A stretch of DNA of 64,000 bases from an uncultured Caldisericota bacterium (GCA_964422555.1 CAYRBR010000002.1:4434-68433); one strand, 5' to 3'. Numbered from the stretch's first letter, positions 37,049 to 46,942 are shown. Numbers and translations are program-made. The notes: generated by a model not told the origin, from the letters alone.

Positions 37049-37561
37049 TTAAAATATGGACGAACCTTGAATAAAAGTCAACAACAAGAATCCGCCAACA
37101 AATGCTAAAAGTGAGTATGTTTCAACAAGAGCAGGGAATAATAGTGCACTACCAGATTTTTCAGGTTGTTTAACAGTTAGATTTATTGCTGCAGCAGAGC
37201 TCTTACCCTGATATATCGCAGAAGAATAAAGAACAACACCAATCAGGATGAAAGCAATGCATAATGCTAAACCAGCCTGAACGGTCAAAGTTGCGCCAGT
37301 ACTTAAACCCATTTGCTGCATGCCTAAGAAACAAAGTACAAATCCATACAAACCTTGAGTAGCAGGCAGAGCCATAAGAACAAACAAGCGTCCAAACAAA
37401 TCTGGTTTTTCCGATAATGCTCCTGCAGCCTGGTTTCCGGATATATAAAGAGCTTTCGCTGAGCCCATGCCGCTGAGCATCAGACACACAAAAAGACCAA
37501 CTACATTCCAACCTTGACCAGAACTGAAAAAGTACTTCATTAAAACATCTGCAAATGTCAT
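37049..37561 (-). CDS. ntpK: V-type ATPase proteolipid subunit K (c-ring)
   Basis: Four-TM duplicated proteolipid with conserved Glu in LVETYSLLAFV. G/A-rich helices. Confidence 0.8.
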   Translation of the reverse strand: MTFADVLMKYFFSSGQGWNVVGLFVCLMLSGMGSAKALYISGNQAAGALSEKPDLFGRLFVLMALPATQGLYGFVLCFLGMQQMGLSTGATLTVQAGLALCIAFILIGVVLYSSAIYQGKSSAAAINLTVKQPEKSGSALLFPALVETYSLLAFVGGFLLLTFIQGSSIF

Positions 37562-39579
37562 TATTTTGCCTCCTTGATAATAAAGACATGCCTATATCGA
37601 TGGGTATAAGCACAATACTCACTACCCCCATCTTCATAAAATCGACTAAACATCTCATAAAAGAGAAGTCTAACTGGGTGTACAAAAGATCCAATAATGT
37701 TTAAAAGAAAGTTGAAAATATTTAAAAACACGATCATTACAATCGTAAAAACAATTCCCACGACAGGAATACTGTTAAACATACTTGCAATCAAATTAAA
37801 AGACATTGCCATAGAGGAAGTTGCAACCATTAAAGCGGCTAAACGTAAGTAAGAAAGAATATCGCCAAGAAGTGTGGCAGCTCCGTAGGAGCTTTTTATA
37901 CCGTACATATTTAAAAAGCCTTTAATGATTCCTTTAAATATGTTTTTCCCCCCCTGCAAGAAACCTCCAATAAAAATCATAATTAATGCAAAGATGCAAA
38001 TCCATTGTGCTAAAGATACAAGAAGCTGTGGATAATATCCTGGAACAAGAAATTGACCTGCAAGAATGACAGCACACGGAATGAATAAAATCCATGATAA
38101 ATTATTAAACACTGCTTCAGTATAGCTTTTTTCTTTCAGTCTTTGGAAAAAAGACATTGCAATAGCTACACATTGTAAAACAGCTCCTAAGTATATTACA
38201 ACAACCATTAATGCTATGAAATTCTGGGATGGATTCATAACTCCCACCATACTTTTTAGAGTGATGAAAAAGGAATTACTAGGCAAATACGAAGTAGTAA
38301 AAAGATCCCCAGCCCATGATTCAGTTAATGCCCCAAAAATGAAAGCAAATAAACCGGCCCAGAAGAATATTTGAAAAAAATGAACTGTTCCGATATCATG
38401 TTTGTGCTTTTTCATAGAGTATGCACAGATTGCCATCAAGGACAACCCATAGATTCCATCAGCAAAAGCAATCCCGAAAAGAACAATAAAAACAAAACCA
38501 ATTAAAGCAGTTGGATCAATAACTCCATATCTAGGTATTCCATACATGCGTACTAAAAACTCAAAGGGTTTAACCCAGGAATTATTAACAAGCTTTACTG
38601 GAGAATTAGTCGGATTTTTTTCAACATCAACATATACATTTGGATAAGAGTCCTCAATAATTTTTAGAATCTCATCTGATTTTGATGCAGGGATGAAGCC
38701 TTCAATATAAACAACTTGCTTTGTTTCAGCAAAGTGTTGAACTCCGTTTGCTCGATCCAATTGATTTAAAAGAAAATCTTTCCAAAGGTGCACAGATGTT
38801 GTACTGTTTGCATAATTCTGTAAAACTGAATCCCAATTAATAATTTGTTCTGAGTAGACCCTGATTTGTTCCTCGAGATTTTCAATAATTTCTTTTGGTT
38901 TACCCTCAAGGTTTTTAAAATTATGCTCCTTAAATCCTGCTCTTTTTAGATATTTTTGAATTTCTTGATGATCGCTTGAAGCATACAAGACAACAAAACT
39001 GATTATTTCTTTCTTTTGTTTTGCTGAAGAATAGATAGGGTATATCACCGAGTGTTCTGTAAGAAATTTAAATTGTTCAATGTCTTGAAGAGTTTTTCCT
39101 TCAGCTTTAAGAAATTTAACAGTTACTCTAGTAATGTTCGGAATATCACTAAAATTGAAACTAAATTTTGCAAAGGGGGTTAATTCAGTTATTAACGAAG
39201 AGTATAGATCAATTTGCTGTTGTGCTTCTTTCTTCCTTTCGGATAGAGAAGAAACTTCTTGATATACATCGTCAAATTGATTTTCATCCCTTATTTTTTC
39301 AATCTCGTGTTCAGTAAAAAGAGGTTTCTTTGGAATAAAATTATCTATGAATGCTTTTTTCTCTGGTTGTATATCCTGGAACACATTAAGAAGATAATTT
39401 GCTTTTTTCAAATTCTCCTTTACCTCTGAGAGTTCGACAGAGGAAGGAACAACTTCTTTGCCAAAGGAAGATACATTTTTTAAATGGACTACCCCATTCT
39501 CAAAAAGGATATCCCTAAAAATTGATACTTCCTTTTTGGGAACAACAAAACGGAATAAATGAAGTTTATCAATAGCCAT
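37561..39579 (-). CDS. ntpI: V-type ATPase subunit I (a-subunit, membrane stator)
   Basis: 672 aa with a hydrophilic N-domain followed by about 7 TM helices. Position after the small G/H subunit. Confidence 0.8.
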   Translation of the reverse strand: MAIDKLHLFRFVVPKKEVSIFRDILFENGVVHLKNVSSFGKEVVPSSVELSEVKENLKKANYLLNVFQDIQPEKKAFIDNFIPKKPLFTEHEIEKIRDENQFDDVYQEVSSLSERKKEAQQQIDLYSSLITELTPFAKFSFNFSDIPNITRVTVKFLKAEGKTLQDIEQFKFLTEHSVIYPIYSSAKQKKEIISFVVLYASSDHQEIQKYLKRAGFKEHNFKNLEGKPKEIIENLEEQIRVYSEQIINWDSVLQNYANSTTSVHLWKDFLLNQLDRANGVQHFAETKQVVYIEGFIPASKSDEILKIIEDSYPNVYVDVEKNPTNSPVKLVNNSWVKPFEFLVRMYGIPRYGVIDPTALIGFVFIVLFGIAFADGIYGLSLMAICAYSMKKHKHDIGTVHFFQIFFWAGLFAFIFGALTESWAGDLFTTSYLPSNSFFITLKSMVGVMNPSQNFIALMVVVIYLGAVLQCVAIAMSFFQRLKEKSYTEAVFNNLSWILFIPCAVILAGQFLVPGYYPQLLVSLAQWICIFALIMIFIGGFLQGGKNIFKGIIKGFLNMYGIKSSYGAATLLGDILSYLRLAALMVATSSMAMSFNLIASMFNSIPVVGIVFTIVMIVFLNIFNFLLNIIGSFVHPVRLLFYEMFSRFYEDGGSEYCAYTHRYRHVFIIKEAK

Positions 39580-39584
39580 ATTAG

Positions 39585-39896
39585 TTACTTATTAAGATAT
39601 AACCGAAACAAATCAATAATTGAATCAATCTGTTCTTCATATCTTTTGTTTGATCGGTTTAATAGTACAGAAAATTTTTGCTTGTATTCCTGTGTCAGTT
39701 CTCTTTTTAATGTATCAATTTGGTTGTTGAACTTCTTTTCTATGACTTCTATGTCCTGTTTTTGTTTACGTAGCCGCTCTACTTTCTCTTGTTCAAAACT
39801 TTCAACAATGGCTTTACATTCTTTTCTTGCATCTGAAACTAGCTCTTCAGATTCTTTTTCAAGTCTAGCTATAGTGTCAAAAACTTCTGAGTTCAC
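39585..39896 (-). CDS. V-type ATPase small peripheral-stalk subunit (G/H type)
   Basis: 103-aa charged helical protein and first gene of the ntp operon. Order G/H-I-K-E-C-F-A-B-D matches Enterococcus hirae ntp. Confidence 0.6.
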   Translation of the reverse strand: MNSEVFDTIARLEKESEELVSDARKECKAIVESFEQEKVERLRKQKQDIEVIEKKFNNQIDTLKRELTQEYKQKFSVLLNRSNKRYEEQIDSIIDLFRLYLNK

Positions 39897-39933
39897 AGTA
39901 TATTACCTTTCTATTAAAAAATACCCATCAATT

Positions 39934-41391
39934 TTAACGTGAAGATGTAACAACTTCAACCTTTCCATTTTCCTCTATCCCCTGAACTACTGCTCCATCC
40001 TTTTTCATTTGAACAAGTAAATCAACTACATTTTGAGTAATAATCTCGCCAGGGCAGACAAATGGAATACCAGGAGGATAAGGGGCAATAATTCTCTTTG
40101 AAATATGTCCATCAGCATGTTCGAATGGGATTAACTTAAAATCCATATTAAAAGCTTCAGCAGGAGTGAACACCTGATAGGGTATTCTAGGGATACGAAT
40201 AAACTGTTTCATGTTTGTTTTCCCTTTATTTTCCATAAACCATCGCATTGCATCTACTAAAATGTCGATATCTTCTTTCGTAGTTCCCCCGGTAATAAGC
40301 GAAAGAATATTGTTTAAAGCCGAAAGTTCAATCTCAATATTAAACTTACTATTAAGCATATGCTCCACTTCAAAACCAGAATGAAACATGGGATTTGTTA
40401 AAATACCCAGTTTTGTTGAATCCCATTCAATAATGCCAGATTTTCCAATAATATTCTCTGAAATGAATCGTAGACCATTAATTTTTCTCAATTCTTCTCT
40501 TGCATAAGTTGCGGTTTCAAGTGCTTTGGTCCATATATCTACTCCATGATGAGACATCATTTTTCTGCAAGCATCTATCGACATCATAAGTAAATAGTTT
40601 GGTGAAGAAGACTGAAGCATTGCCAGTATAGAAGACAGTCTATCAATATCTATTCTGTTACCGTTGACGTGAAGAAGAGCAGTCTGGGTTAAAGCTGGTA
40701 GAGATTTATGTGTCGACTGTGTGATCATATCAGCACCACGTTGAATAGATGAGGTAGGTAAATCGGGATGGAAGGGGAAGTGGGCACCATGCGCTTCATC
40801 AACCAAAACAATCAAGTCATTTTCGTGGGCAATTCTAATAAGCTCCATCATATTTTGTGCCATACCGTAATAGTTGGGTGAAGTCAGAAGAACAGCTTTT
40901 GCATCAGGATTCTCATCAATAGCATCCTGTAAAGTTTGAGGTAAAACCCCTGCCATAATCTGGTACTCAGGAATCATCTCAGGTTGAATCCAAATAGGAG
41001 TAATATTGCCTATTGTGATCCCACCAATGGCACATCGATGGGAATTTCTTTGAACAATCAATTTTTCACCTGGTTTAACAGCTGTCAGGATCATAGACAT
41101 AACTCCCACTGTGCTACCATTAACTAGAAAAAAAGTTTGTTCAGCACCAAATGCTGATGCAGCCAATTCTTGGGAAGCCTTTAAAACACCTTCCGCTTTA
41201 TGTAAATAATCGACTCCCTCAACCTCTGTTAAGTCATATAAGAAGAAATTGTTTTTAACAACTTCTTCTAAACTCTCTGGAATTATTCTAGCTCTGGCAT
41301 GCCCAGGCATGTGGAATGCAGTTCTATTTTTGTTAACATATTTTTGTACAGCATCAATAAAAGGTGTCTCGAATTGAGAATACTTTTTCAT
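39934..41391 (-). CDS. PLP-dependent Orn/Lys/Arg decarboxylase family protein
   Basis: PLP-lysine context ITQSTHKSLPALTQTA. About 485 aa, fold-type I decarboxylase. Confidence 0.8.
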   Translation of the reverse strand: MKKYSQFETPFIDAVQKYVNKNRTAFHMPGHARARIIPESLEEVVKNNFFLYDLTEVEGVDYLHKAEGVLKASQELAASAFGAEQTFFLVNGSTVGVMSMILTAVKPGEKLIVQRNSHRCAIGGITIGNITPIWIQPEMIPEYQIMAGVLPQTLQDAIDENPDAKAVLLTSPNYYGMAQNMMELIRIAHENDLIVLVDEAHGAHFPFHPDLPTSSIQRGADMITQSTHKSLPALTQTALLHVNGNRIDIDRLSSILAMLQSSSPNYLLMMSIDACRKMMSHHGVDIWTKALETATYAREELRKINGLRFISENIIGKSGIIEWDSTKLGILTNPMFHSGFEVEHMLNSKFNIEIELSALNNILSLITGGTTKEDIDILVDAMRWFMENKGKTNMKQFIRIPRIPYQVFTPAEAFNMDFKLIPFEHADGHISKRIIAPYPPGIPFVCPGEIITQNVVDLLVQMKKDGAVVQGIEENGKVEVVTSSR

Positions 41392-42800
41392 TCACTAAGT
41401 ACCTCCATTAAAATTTTATTTAGAATTTTGGGATTCCCTTTTCCCTTCGTTTTTTTCATACATTGCCCCATAAACAAACCAAAAAGCTTTTTGTTGCCAG
41501 CCTTATATCTTTCAACCTCTTTTTCATTTTCACGCAATACCTCTATTACTGTTTCTTTTAATGCGTTTTCATCTGTTACTTGTAGAAGTCCTTTTTCTTG
41601 AACTATAACAGAAGGATTCTTTTTTGTTTCAATGACTTCCTCAAATACAGTTTTCGCAATTGTTCCAGAAATTGTACCTTTTTTTATCAATGATAAAAGA
41701 TCAGTTAACTGGGAAGGTTGAATTCCTACTTCATTTATAGAGCAATTCTTTTTATTCATACATTTCATAATTTCAGAGGATATCCAATTAGCAATGAGTT
41801 TTGCATCCTCAAAATGAGAAAGGCATTCATCAAAATATTGCAGTGTTTCAGGATTTTCAGTCATCAATGAAATATCGTACTCCGATAGATTGTAATTATC
41901 TTTTAAACGTTTACATGCTTGATGAGGTAATTCGGGCATTTGGGATACTGTATTTGTAATCATTTCTTCTGTTACAAACAAAGAGTGTAAATCTGGTTCT
42001 GGAAAATATCGATAATCAGACTTAGAGTCTTTTATTCGCATGGTTACAGTTTCACCCTTCGATTCATCCCAGGTTCTTGTTTCAGAAAAAATATTCTCAT
42101 GCTTGTTTAGACAATCATCTTGGCGTTCAATTTCATATTTAATCGCTCGAACAACAGCTCGAAATGAATTTAAATTCTTAACTTCAACCTTTTGACCTAA
42201 AGATCCATCGGGATTGTCTAAAGAAACATTCACGTCACACCGAAGCGCTCCTTCTTCCATTTTTCCAGTAGATATTCCAAGGTACATAACAAGTTGCTGC
42301 AGTTTTTCAAGGAATAAACCAGCATCTTCTGGTTTTTTTATACAAGGAGCAGTTACTACCTCTAAAAGTGGAACTCCACAGCGATTGTAGTTTATTAGGG
42401 TTTTCTTTGATTCATTCTCATGAATCATCTTAGCCGAATCTTCCTCCACGTGAACTCTTTCTATTTGAACACTAGACTCGCCCACAACCAAGTAACCATT
42501 TGATATTAGTGGAATTGTATCTTGTGTTATCTGGTATCCTTTTGGCATATCAGGATAAAAGTAATTTTTTCTTGAAAAATCTGATATCAAATTCACAGTC
42601 CCATTCAGAGTTTTACCTAAGAGGATTCCCATTTCTACAGCCTTTTTATTTGGAACTGGTAGTGCTCCTGGATAACCCATACAAACAGGGCATACGTTTG
42701 TGTTTGGTAAATCTCCAAAACTAGCTTTACAGCGACAAAACATCTTCGTTTCAGTTAATAATTGTAGGTGTATTTCAAGACCTATAGTGGGTTGTCGCAT
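41388..42800 (-). CDS. gatB: Asp/Glu-tRNA amidotransferase subunit B
   Basis: N-terminus IGLEIHLQLLTETKMFCRC. 470 aa. ATGA overlap with the next gene. Confidence 0.9.
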   Translation of the reverse strand: MRQPTIGLEIHLQLLTETKMFCRCKASFGDLPNTNVCPVCMGYPGALPVPNKKAVEMGILLGKTLNGTVNLISDFSRKNYFYPDMPKGYQITQDTIPLISNGYLVVGESSVQIERVHVEEDSAKMIHENESKKTLINYNRCGVPLLEVVTAPCIKKPEDAGLFLEKLQQLVMYLGISTGKMEEGALRCDVNVSLDNPDGSLGQKVEVKNLNSFRAVVRAIKYEIERQDDCLNKHENIFSETRTWDESKGETVTMRIKDSKSDYRYFPEPDLHSLFVTEEMITNTVSQMPELPHQACKRLKDNYNLSEYDISLMTENPETLQYFDECLSHFEDAKLIANWISSEIMKCMNKKNCSINEVGIQPSQLTDLLSLIKKGTISGTIAKTVFEEVIETKKNPSVIVQEKGLLQVTDENALKETVIEVLRENEKEVERYKAGNKKLFGLFMGQCMKKTKGKGNPKILNKILMEVLSE

Positions 42801-44209
42801 TTCAATTCCTCCTGTAAATCGATTGCTACTTTTCGAAGTGTTTTTTCAGAAAAGCGAGGACCCATAATTTGCATCCCAACGGAAAAACCATCATTCGTAG
42901 TACCGGTTGGTATAGATATTGCTGGCATACCGGCTATAGCTGCAGGTATTGTCAAGTAATCTGAGTAGTACATTTCTAGAGGATCTTTCTTTTCTCCAAA
43001 TTTAAATGGCAGATGCAACGAAGTAGGTAAAACTAAAAACTGACATTTTGTGAAAATGGCTTCCAATTCTTTTGCAATAATTTCTTTAGCATATAATGCT
43101 TGTTTATAATAATTTCCCTCAAATTCTTTCGAGAGAATAAAAGTACCCAAAAGTATTCTGCGTTTCACTTCCATTCCAAATCCTTCACTTCTTGTTTTAG
43201 TAAAAGACTCATTGGATGTTTTTCCATTTATCTGTAATCCATATTTTATACCGTCAAAACGAGCCAAATTAGAAGATGCTTCGGAATCAGCTATTATGTG
43301 ATAAGCAGCCATTGAACAATCAAGGGTTTTCAAGTTAAAATCTGTTTTTGTATATTTCTCTTCTAGGATTCGTATCACTTTCTCATAGGTTTTTTTTACG
43401 GTTGGATCCATATCCAATTTTTCAATACAAGTAGCTGTGGCGAAAGAGTTAATTTTTCCTTCACGAGGTATTGTGTCCCACTCTTCCAGAGACGATGTGG
43501 AATCACTTGAATCATGACCTGAAATGACTTGTAACATCGTGAAAGCATCTTCTACATTTGATGCTATAGGTCCTATTTGGTCTAAAGTAGAGCAAAAGCT
43601 AATCATCCCGAACCGCGATACAAACCCATAAGTAGGTCTAATCCCTACTACACCACAAAAACTTGCTGGTTGTCGAATAGACCCACCCGTGTCAGTACCA
43701 AGAGAAACTGGAGAAAATCCCATTCTTACGCACGCGGCTGAACCACCAGAAGAACCCCCAGGAGCATATTCATGGTTAATTGGATTAAGAGTGGGATAAA
43801 ATGCTGAGGTTTCAGTTGAAGATCCCATTGCAAATTCATCCATGTTTGCTTTCCCAATAATAATCCCTCCAGCCTGCTGAATTCTCTTTACAACAGTAGC
43901 ATCATACGGAGAGATATAGTTTTTTAGAATTTTGGAAGCAGCTGTTGTGGGCAACGACTTAACATTAATGTTATCTTTAATGACTACGGGTACGCCTAGT
44001 AAAGGTTTTCGCTGAAGTTCTTCAGAACTAAGATGGTCTGGAAACGTATTAATAAATTCTTCAAGGTTGTCAATTTTTTTGTTAATAAAAGCATGGATCA
44101 TGGGTTCATTTAAAGCAATGTTACTGATTAATTTGTTCATTAACTCCACATAATCCTTTTTTCCGTTGAGAAGACTATTCTGAATTTCTTGAATAGAAAT
44201 CATGCTCAT
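42782..44209 (-). CDS. gatA: Glu-tRNA(Gln) amidotransferase subunit A (amidase signature family)
   Basis: Amidase signature GGSSGGSAACV and Ser-cisSer-Lys context. 475 aa. Confidence 0.9.
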   Translation of the reverse strand: MSMISIQEIQNSLLNGKKDYVELMNKLISNIALNEPMIHAFINKKIDNLEEFINTFPDHLSSEELQRKPLLGVPVVIKDNINVKSLPTTAASKILKNYISPYDATVVKRIQQAGGIIIGKANMDEFAMGSSTETSAFYPTLNPINHEYAPGGSSGGSAACVRMGFSPVSLGTDTGGSIRQPASFCGVVGIRPTYGFVSRFGMISFCSTLDQIGPIASNVEDAFTMLQVISGHDSSDSTSSLEEWDTIPREGKINSFATATCIEKLDMDPTVKKTYEKVIRILEEKYTKTDFNLKTLDCSMAAYHIIADSEASSNLARFDGIKYGLQINGKTSNESFTKTRSEGFGMEVKRRILLGTFILSKEFEGNYYKQALYAKEIIAKELEAIFTKCQFLVLPTSLHLPFKFGEKKDPLEMYYSDYLTIPAAIAGMPAISIPTGTTNDGFSVGMQIMGPRFSEKTLRKVAIDLQEELKCDNPL

Positions 44210-44508
44210 TTTTTTACCCCCTGATAATTTATAACAGGTGATAATACAAATTTCCCCTCTTTTAATGGAACATTGTTTTCCATCTCTTCAACATTTTTAA
44301 ATATTGTAGCTTTATCTTCTTGTAGAAAAGTTTCGTGTCTAGTAAAATCTGCTTTGGCAACAGTCAAGTTTCTTATCTGATCGAATAAATCAGCAATCGA
44401 GTTTAGCTGATTCAGTAATTCGTCTTTCTCCTCTAAGCTTAAGCTAATAGCTGCTTTCTCACAAAGCAATACCAGAGACTCTTTATCAATTTTCACCTTA
44501 TTCCCCAC
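44206..44508 (-). CDS. gatC: Glu-tRNA(Gln) amidotransferase subunit C
   Basis: 100-aa protein immediately upstream of gatA with overlapping stops and starts. Confidence 0.7.
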   Translation of the reverse strand: MGNKVKIDKESLVLLCEKAAISLSLEEKDELLNQLNSIADLFDQIRNLTVAKADFTRHETFLQEDKATIFKNVEEMENNVPLKEGKFVLSPVINYQGVKK

Positions 44509-45697
44509 AGAGCATCACCGCATCTCTAGCAATCATAATTTCTTCATCTGTAAAAATAATATAAACCTTCACCTTTGAATCGTCTGTTGATATTTCCCTA
44601 GAAACCCTTGCATGGGGAAAGTTTCTATCATCATCAAGCTCAATGCCAAGGAATTCCATATTCTTCATACTAGTTTCTCTTACTTCTTCTGTATTTTCTC
44701 CTACTCCTCCGCAGAACACAACAGCATCAAGCCCATTCATCTCTGCAGCATAAGCACCAACAAATCTTTTTACCTGATAGGAAAGTATATCCAGCGATAA
44801 AAGACATCGTTCATGATTTTCTTTTGCTTTCTGGGTAACATCTCGAAGGTCTGAAGAAATACCAGAAACTCCCAAAAAACCAGATTCTTTATTCATTACT
44901 TTATCCACTTCTTCAACAGAAAGAGAAAAATTCTTTTGCAAGTACAAAGGAATTGCAGGATCAATATCCCCACATCTTGTTCCCATTTCAACACCCGAAA
45001 GAGGAGTGAAACCCATGCTTGTATCGAATGATTTACCTTTGTTAACCGCACAAATTGAGCTCCCGTTTCCCAAATGACAAGTAACAATTCTCAATTCTTC
45101 AAGGGGTTTCTTTATCCATTTGGCACATTCTTGCGAAACATATCTGTGTGAAGTACCGTGAAAACCATATTTTCGTATTCTTCCCGTCTCATAATACTTA
45201 TACGGTAAAGGGTAAATATAGTTCTGAGAAGGGATTGTCTGGTGAAACGCGGTGTCAAAAACTGCAACTTGAGGTGTTCCTGGCATTAATTTTTCACAAG
45301 CTTTTATCCCTTCAAGATTCGCTGGATTATGTAATGGGGCTAAGGGAATACACAATTCAATCTCATCCATTACTTCTTTGGTAATTATCACTGAATCATC
45401 GAATTTTTCTCCACCATGAACAACTCGATGCCCCACCACATCAATTTCTTCAACATTCTGAATAACACCATGGTTTATATCTGATAAATGTTTAAACAGA
45501 AGATCTAATCCATCAGTATGCGTCGGTATTGGGGGAGACTTTTTTATTGCATCCCCTTTGTGATTTTTATATTTGAAACCACCTTCATCCATTCCTATTC
45601 TTTCAACGATTCCACTGGCCAAAACTTCTTCTTTTGCCATTTCGTAAAATTTGTACTTAATAGATGAACTACCACAGTTTAATACCAATACCTTCAT
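44498..45697 (-). CDS. ackA: Acetate kinase
   Basis: N-terminus MKVLVLNCGSSSIKYKFY. ASKHA-fold motifs VGHRVVHGG, GFHGTSH. 399 aa. Confidence 0.85.
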   Translation of the reverse strand: MKVLVLNCGSSSIKYKFYEMAKEEVLASGIVERIGMDEGGFKYKNHKGDAIKKSPPIPTHTDGLDLLFKHLSDINHGVIQNVEEIDVVGHRVVHGGEKFDDSVIITKEVMDEIELCIPLAPLHNPANLEGIKACEKLMPGTPQVAVFDTAFHQTIPSQNYIYPLPYKYYETGRIRKYGFHGTSHRYVSQECAKWIKKPLEELRIVTCHLGNGSSICAVNKGKSFDTSMGFTPLSGVEMGTRCGDIDPAIPLYLQKNFSLSVEEVDKVMNKESGFLGVSGISSDLRDVTQKAKENHERCLLSLDILSYQVKRFVGAYAAEMNGLDAVVFCGGVGENTEEVRETSMKNMEFLGIELDDDRNFPHARVSREISTDDSKVKVYIIFTDEEIMIARDAVMLCGE

Positions 45698-45803
45698 TGA
45701 GTCCTCCGTATAAAAAATATAATCACAAATTTAGTTTACATGATAATTTTCTTTTTTTTTGTCTTTTTTCGTTACTCTTTCGTTACAGTTTGCAAAACAC
45801 ACT

Positions 45804-45831
45804 TTGTAAAAGCCTAATAGTAGAGTATAAT
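45804..45831 (+). promoter_or_regulatory. Putative sigma-70-type promoter for bcp (TTGTAA, 16-nt spacer, TATAAT)
   Basis: TTGTAA at 45804-45809 and a perfect TATAAT at 45826-45831. About 35 nt upstream of the bcp ATG, whose RBS is AGGAGG at 45856-45861. Confidence 0.4.
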
Positions 45832-45866
45832 AGTACCATAACATCATGCTAGCAAAGGAGGAAATT

Positions 45867-46373
45867 ATGTCGAAGAAAATACCTACCATTCATATTGGAA
45901 AAAGCGCACCCGAGTTCTCTTTGATGAATCAAGAACACAAAACAGTTTCATTATCTGATTTCCAGGGCAAATGGGTTGTTTTATTTTTTTACCCTAAGAA
46001 TAATACTCCCTCATGTACCAGATTAATCAAATACCTATCAACCAACCAAGATCATTTTGAAAATAAAAATGCTGTTATAGTTGGAATTAGTCGAAATACA
46101 CCAAAAAGCCATAGTAATTTCATCCAAAAGAACAATTTTACTTGCATGTTATTAAGTGATCCAAATCGTGAAGCAATATTAAAATATCAAGCATGGGGAA
46201 AGAAAAGACTTTTAGACCAAACCCACGTTGGAGTGAAAAGAACAACTTACATTATCGATCCCAAGGGAATAGTCAGATACAAATATACAAATATTCGAAT
46301 CGCAAGTCACGCAGAAGAGATTCTAACTGAGATTGAGAAATTACAGTCACTCCCAGGAGAACATATTTCTTGA
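45867..46373 (+). CDS. bcp: Thiol peroxidase / peroxiredoxin Bcp (AhpC-TSA family)
   Basis: Peroxidatic Cys motif FFYPKNNTPSCT. ATG at 45867 lies 5 nt after AGGAGG. Confidence 0.8.
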   Translation: MSKKIPTIHIGKSAPEFSLMNQEHKTVSLSDFQGKWVVLFFYPKNNTPSCTRLIKYLSTNQDHFENKNAVIVGISRNTPKSHSNFIQKNNFTCMLLSDPNREAILKYQAWGKKRLLDQTHVGVKRTTYIIDPKGIVRYKYTNIRIASHAEEILTEIEKLQSLPGEHIS

Positions 46374-46846
46374 CTATTAAATCGAAAACTCAGTTAGGTT
46401 TTATGCCTTCCTTTTTCCATGAAACACAGGATTCCCTTTTCACTGATAAGCAACTAAGTTATCCATTTCATTTTTTCTTTATCATCGTAAGCATCAAATC
46501 TCGAAAAGACAGATTTTTATTGCATTCTATCAACGATTTACGAAAGGATTTTAAAAAAGCATATCCATCTTTAGAGCAACATATCCATTTCTTTTGTATG
46601 AGCAGTGACACACCTGAAACTCTTAGAAAGAAAAAATATCCAGAAATATCGTTTTTTGAAATCCTTTCAAATTCTGACAATCGATTTTTTCAAAATCTAT
46701 CTGCTCTTCGGGAATTTAACAAATTTAACATCAAAGCATCAGAACCAATCCGGTATTCCTATCTATTTGATTCTCAAAGAAAGATCCTTTCCCGTTGGGA
46801 TCCAGGATTTCTCCCTTCTCCCTTAGACTTATTCGAAAATCTGTAA
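46370..46846 (+). CDS. Peroxiredoxin-fold paralog lacking the peroxidatic cysteine (predicted non-peroxidase)
   Basis: TTG start overlaps the bcp stop; an alternative ATG lies about 33 nt downstream. Colinear similarity to Bcp with TPSCT replaced by KSRKD (FFFIIVSIKSRKDRF). RTTYIIDPKG aligns with RYSYLFDSQR. Confidence 0.5.
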   Translation: MTIKSKTQLGFMPSFFHETQDSLFTDKQLSYPFHFFFIIVSIKSRKDRFLLHSINDLRKDFKKAYPSLEQHIHFFCMSSDTPETLRKKKYPEISFFEILSNSDNRFFQNLSALREFNKFNIKASEPIRYSYLFDSQRKILSRWDPGFLPSPLDLFENL

Positions 46847-46942
46847 TTTCATACAATTTCTTTCCAATCACTTTTGGAGGTTTTCTCAATTTTTTTATTC
46901 AATCGCTAAATTATTGGGAAAAATAAATAAGAGGAGTGAACT

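Noticed and set aside
46847-46942. Searched for a CIRCE/HrcA operator upstream of grpE.
   Set aside because: No TTAGCACTC-N9-GAGTGCTAA-like inverted repeat is present. The GAGTGAA near the RBS is only a half-site-like fragment.
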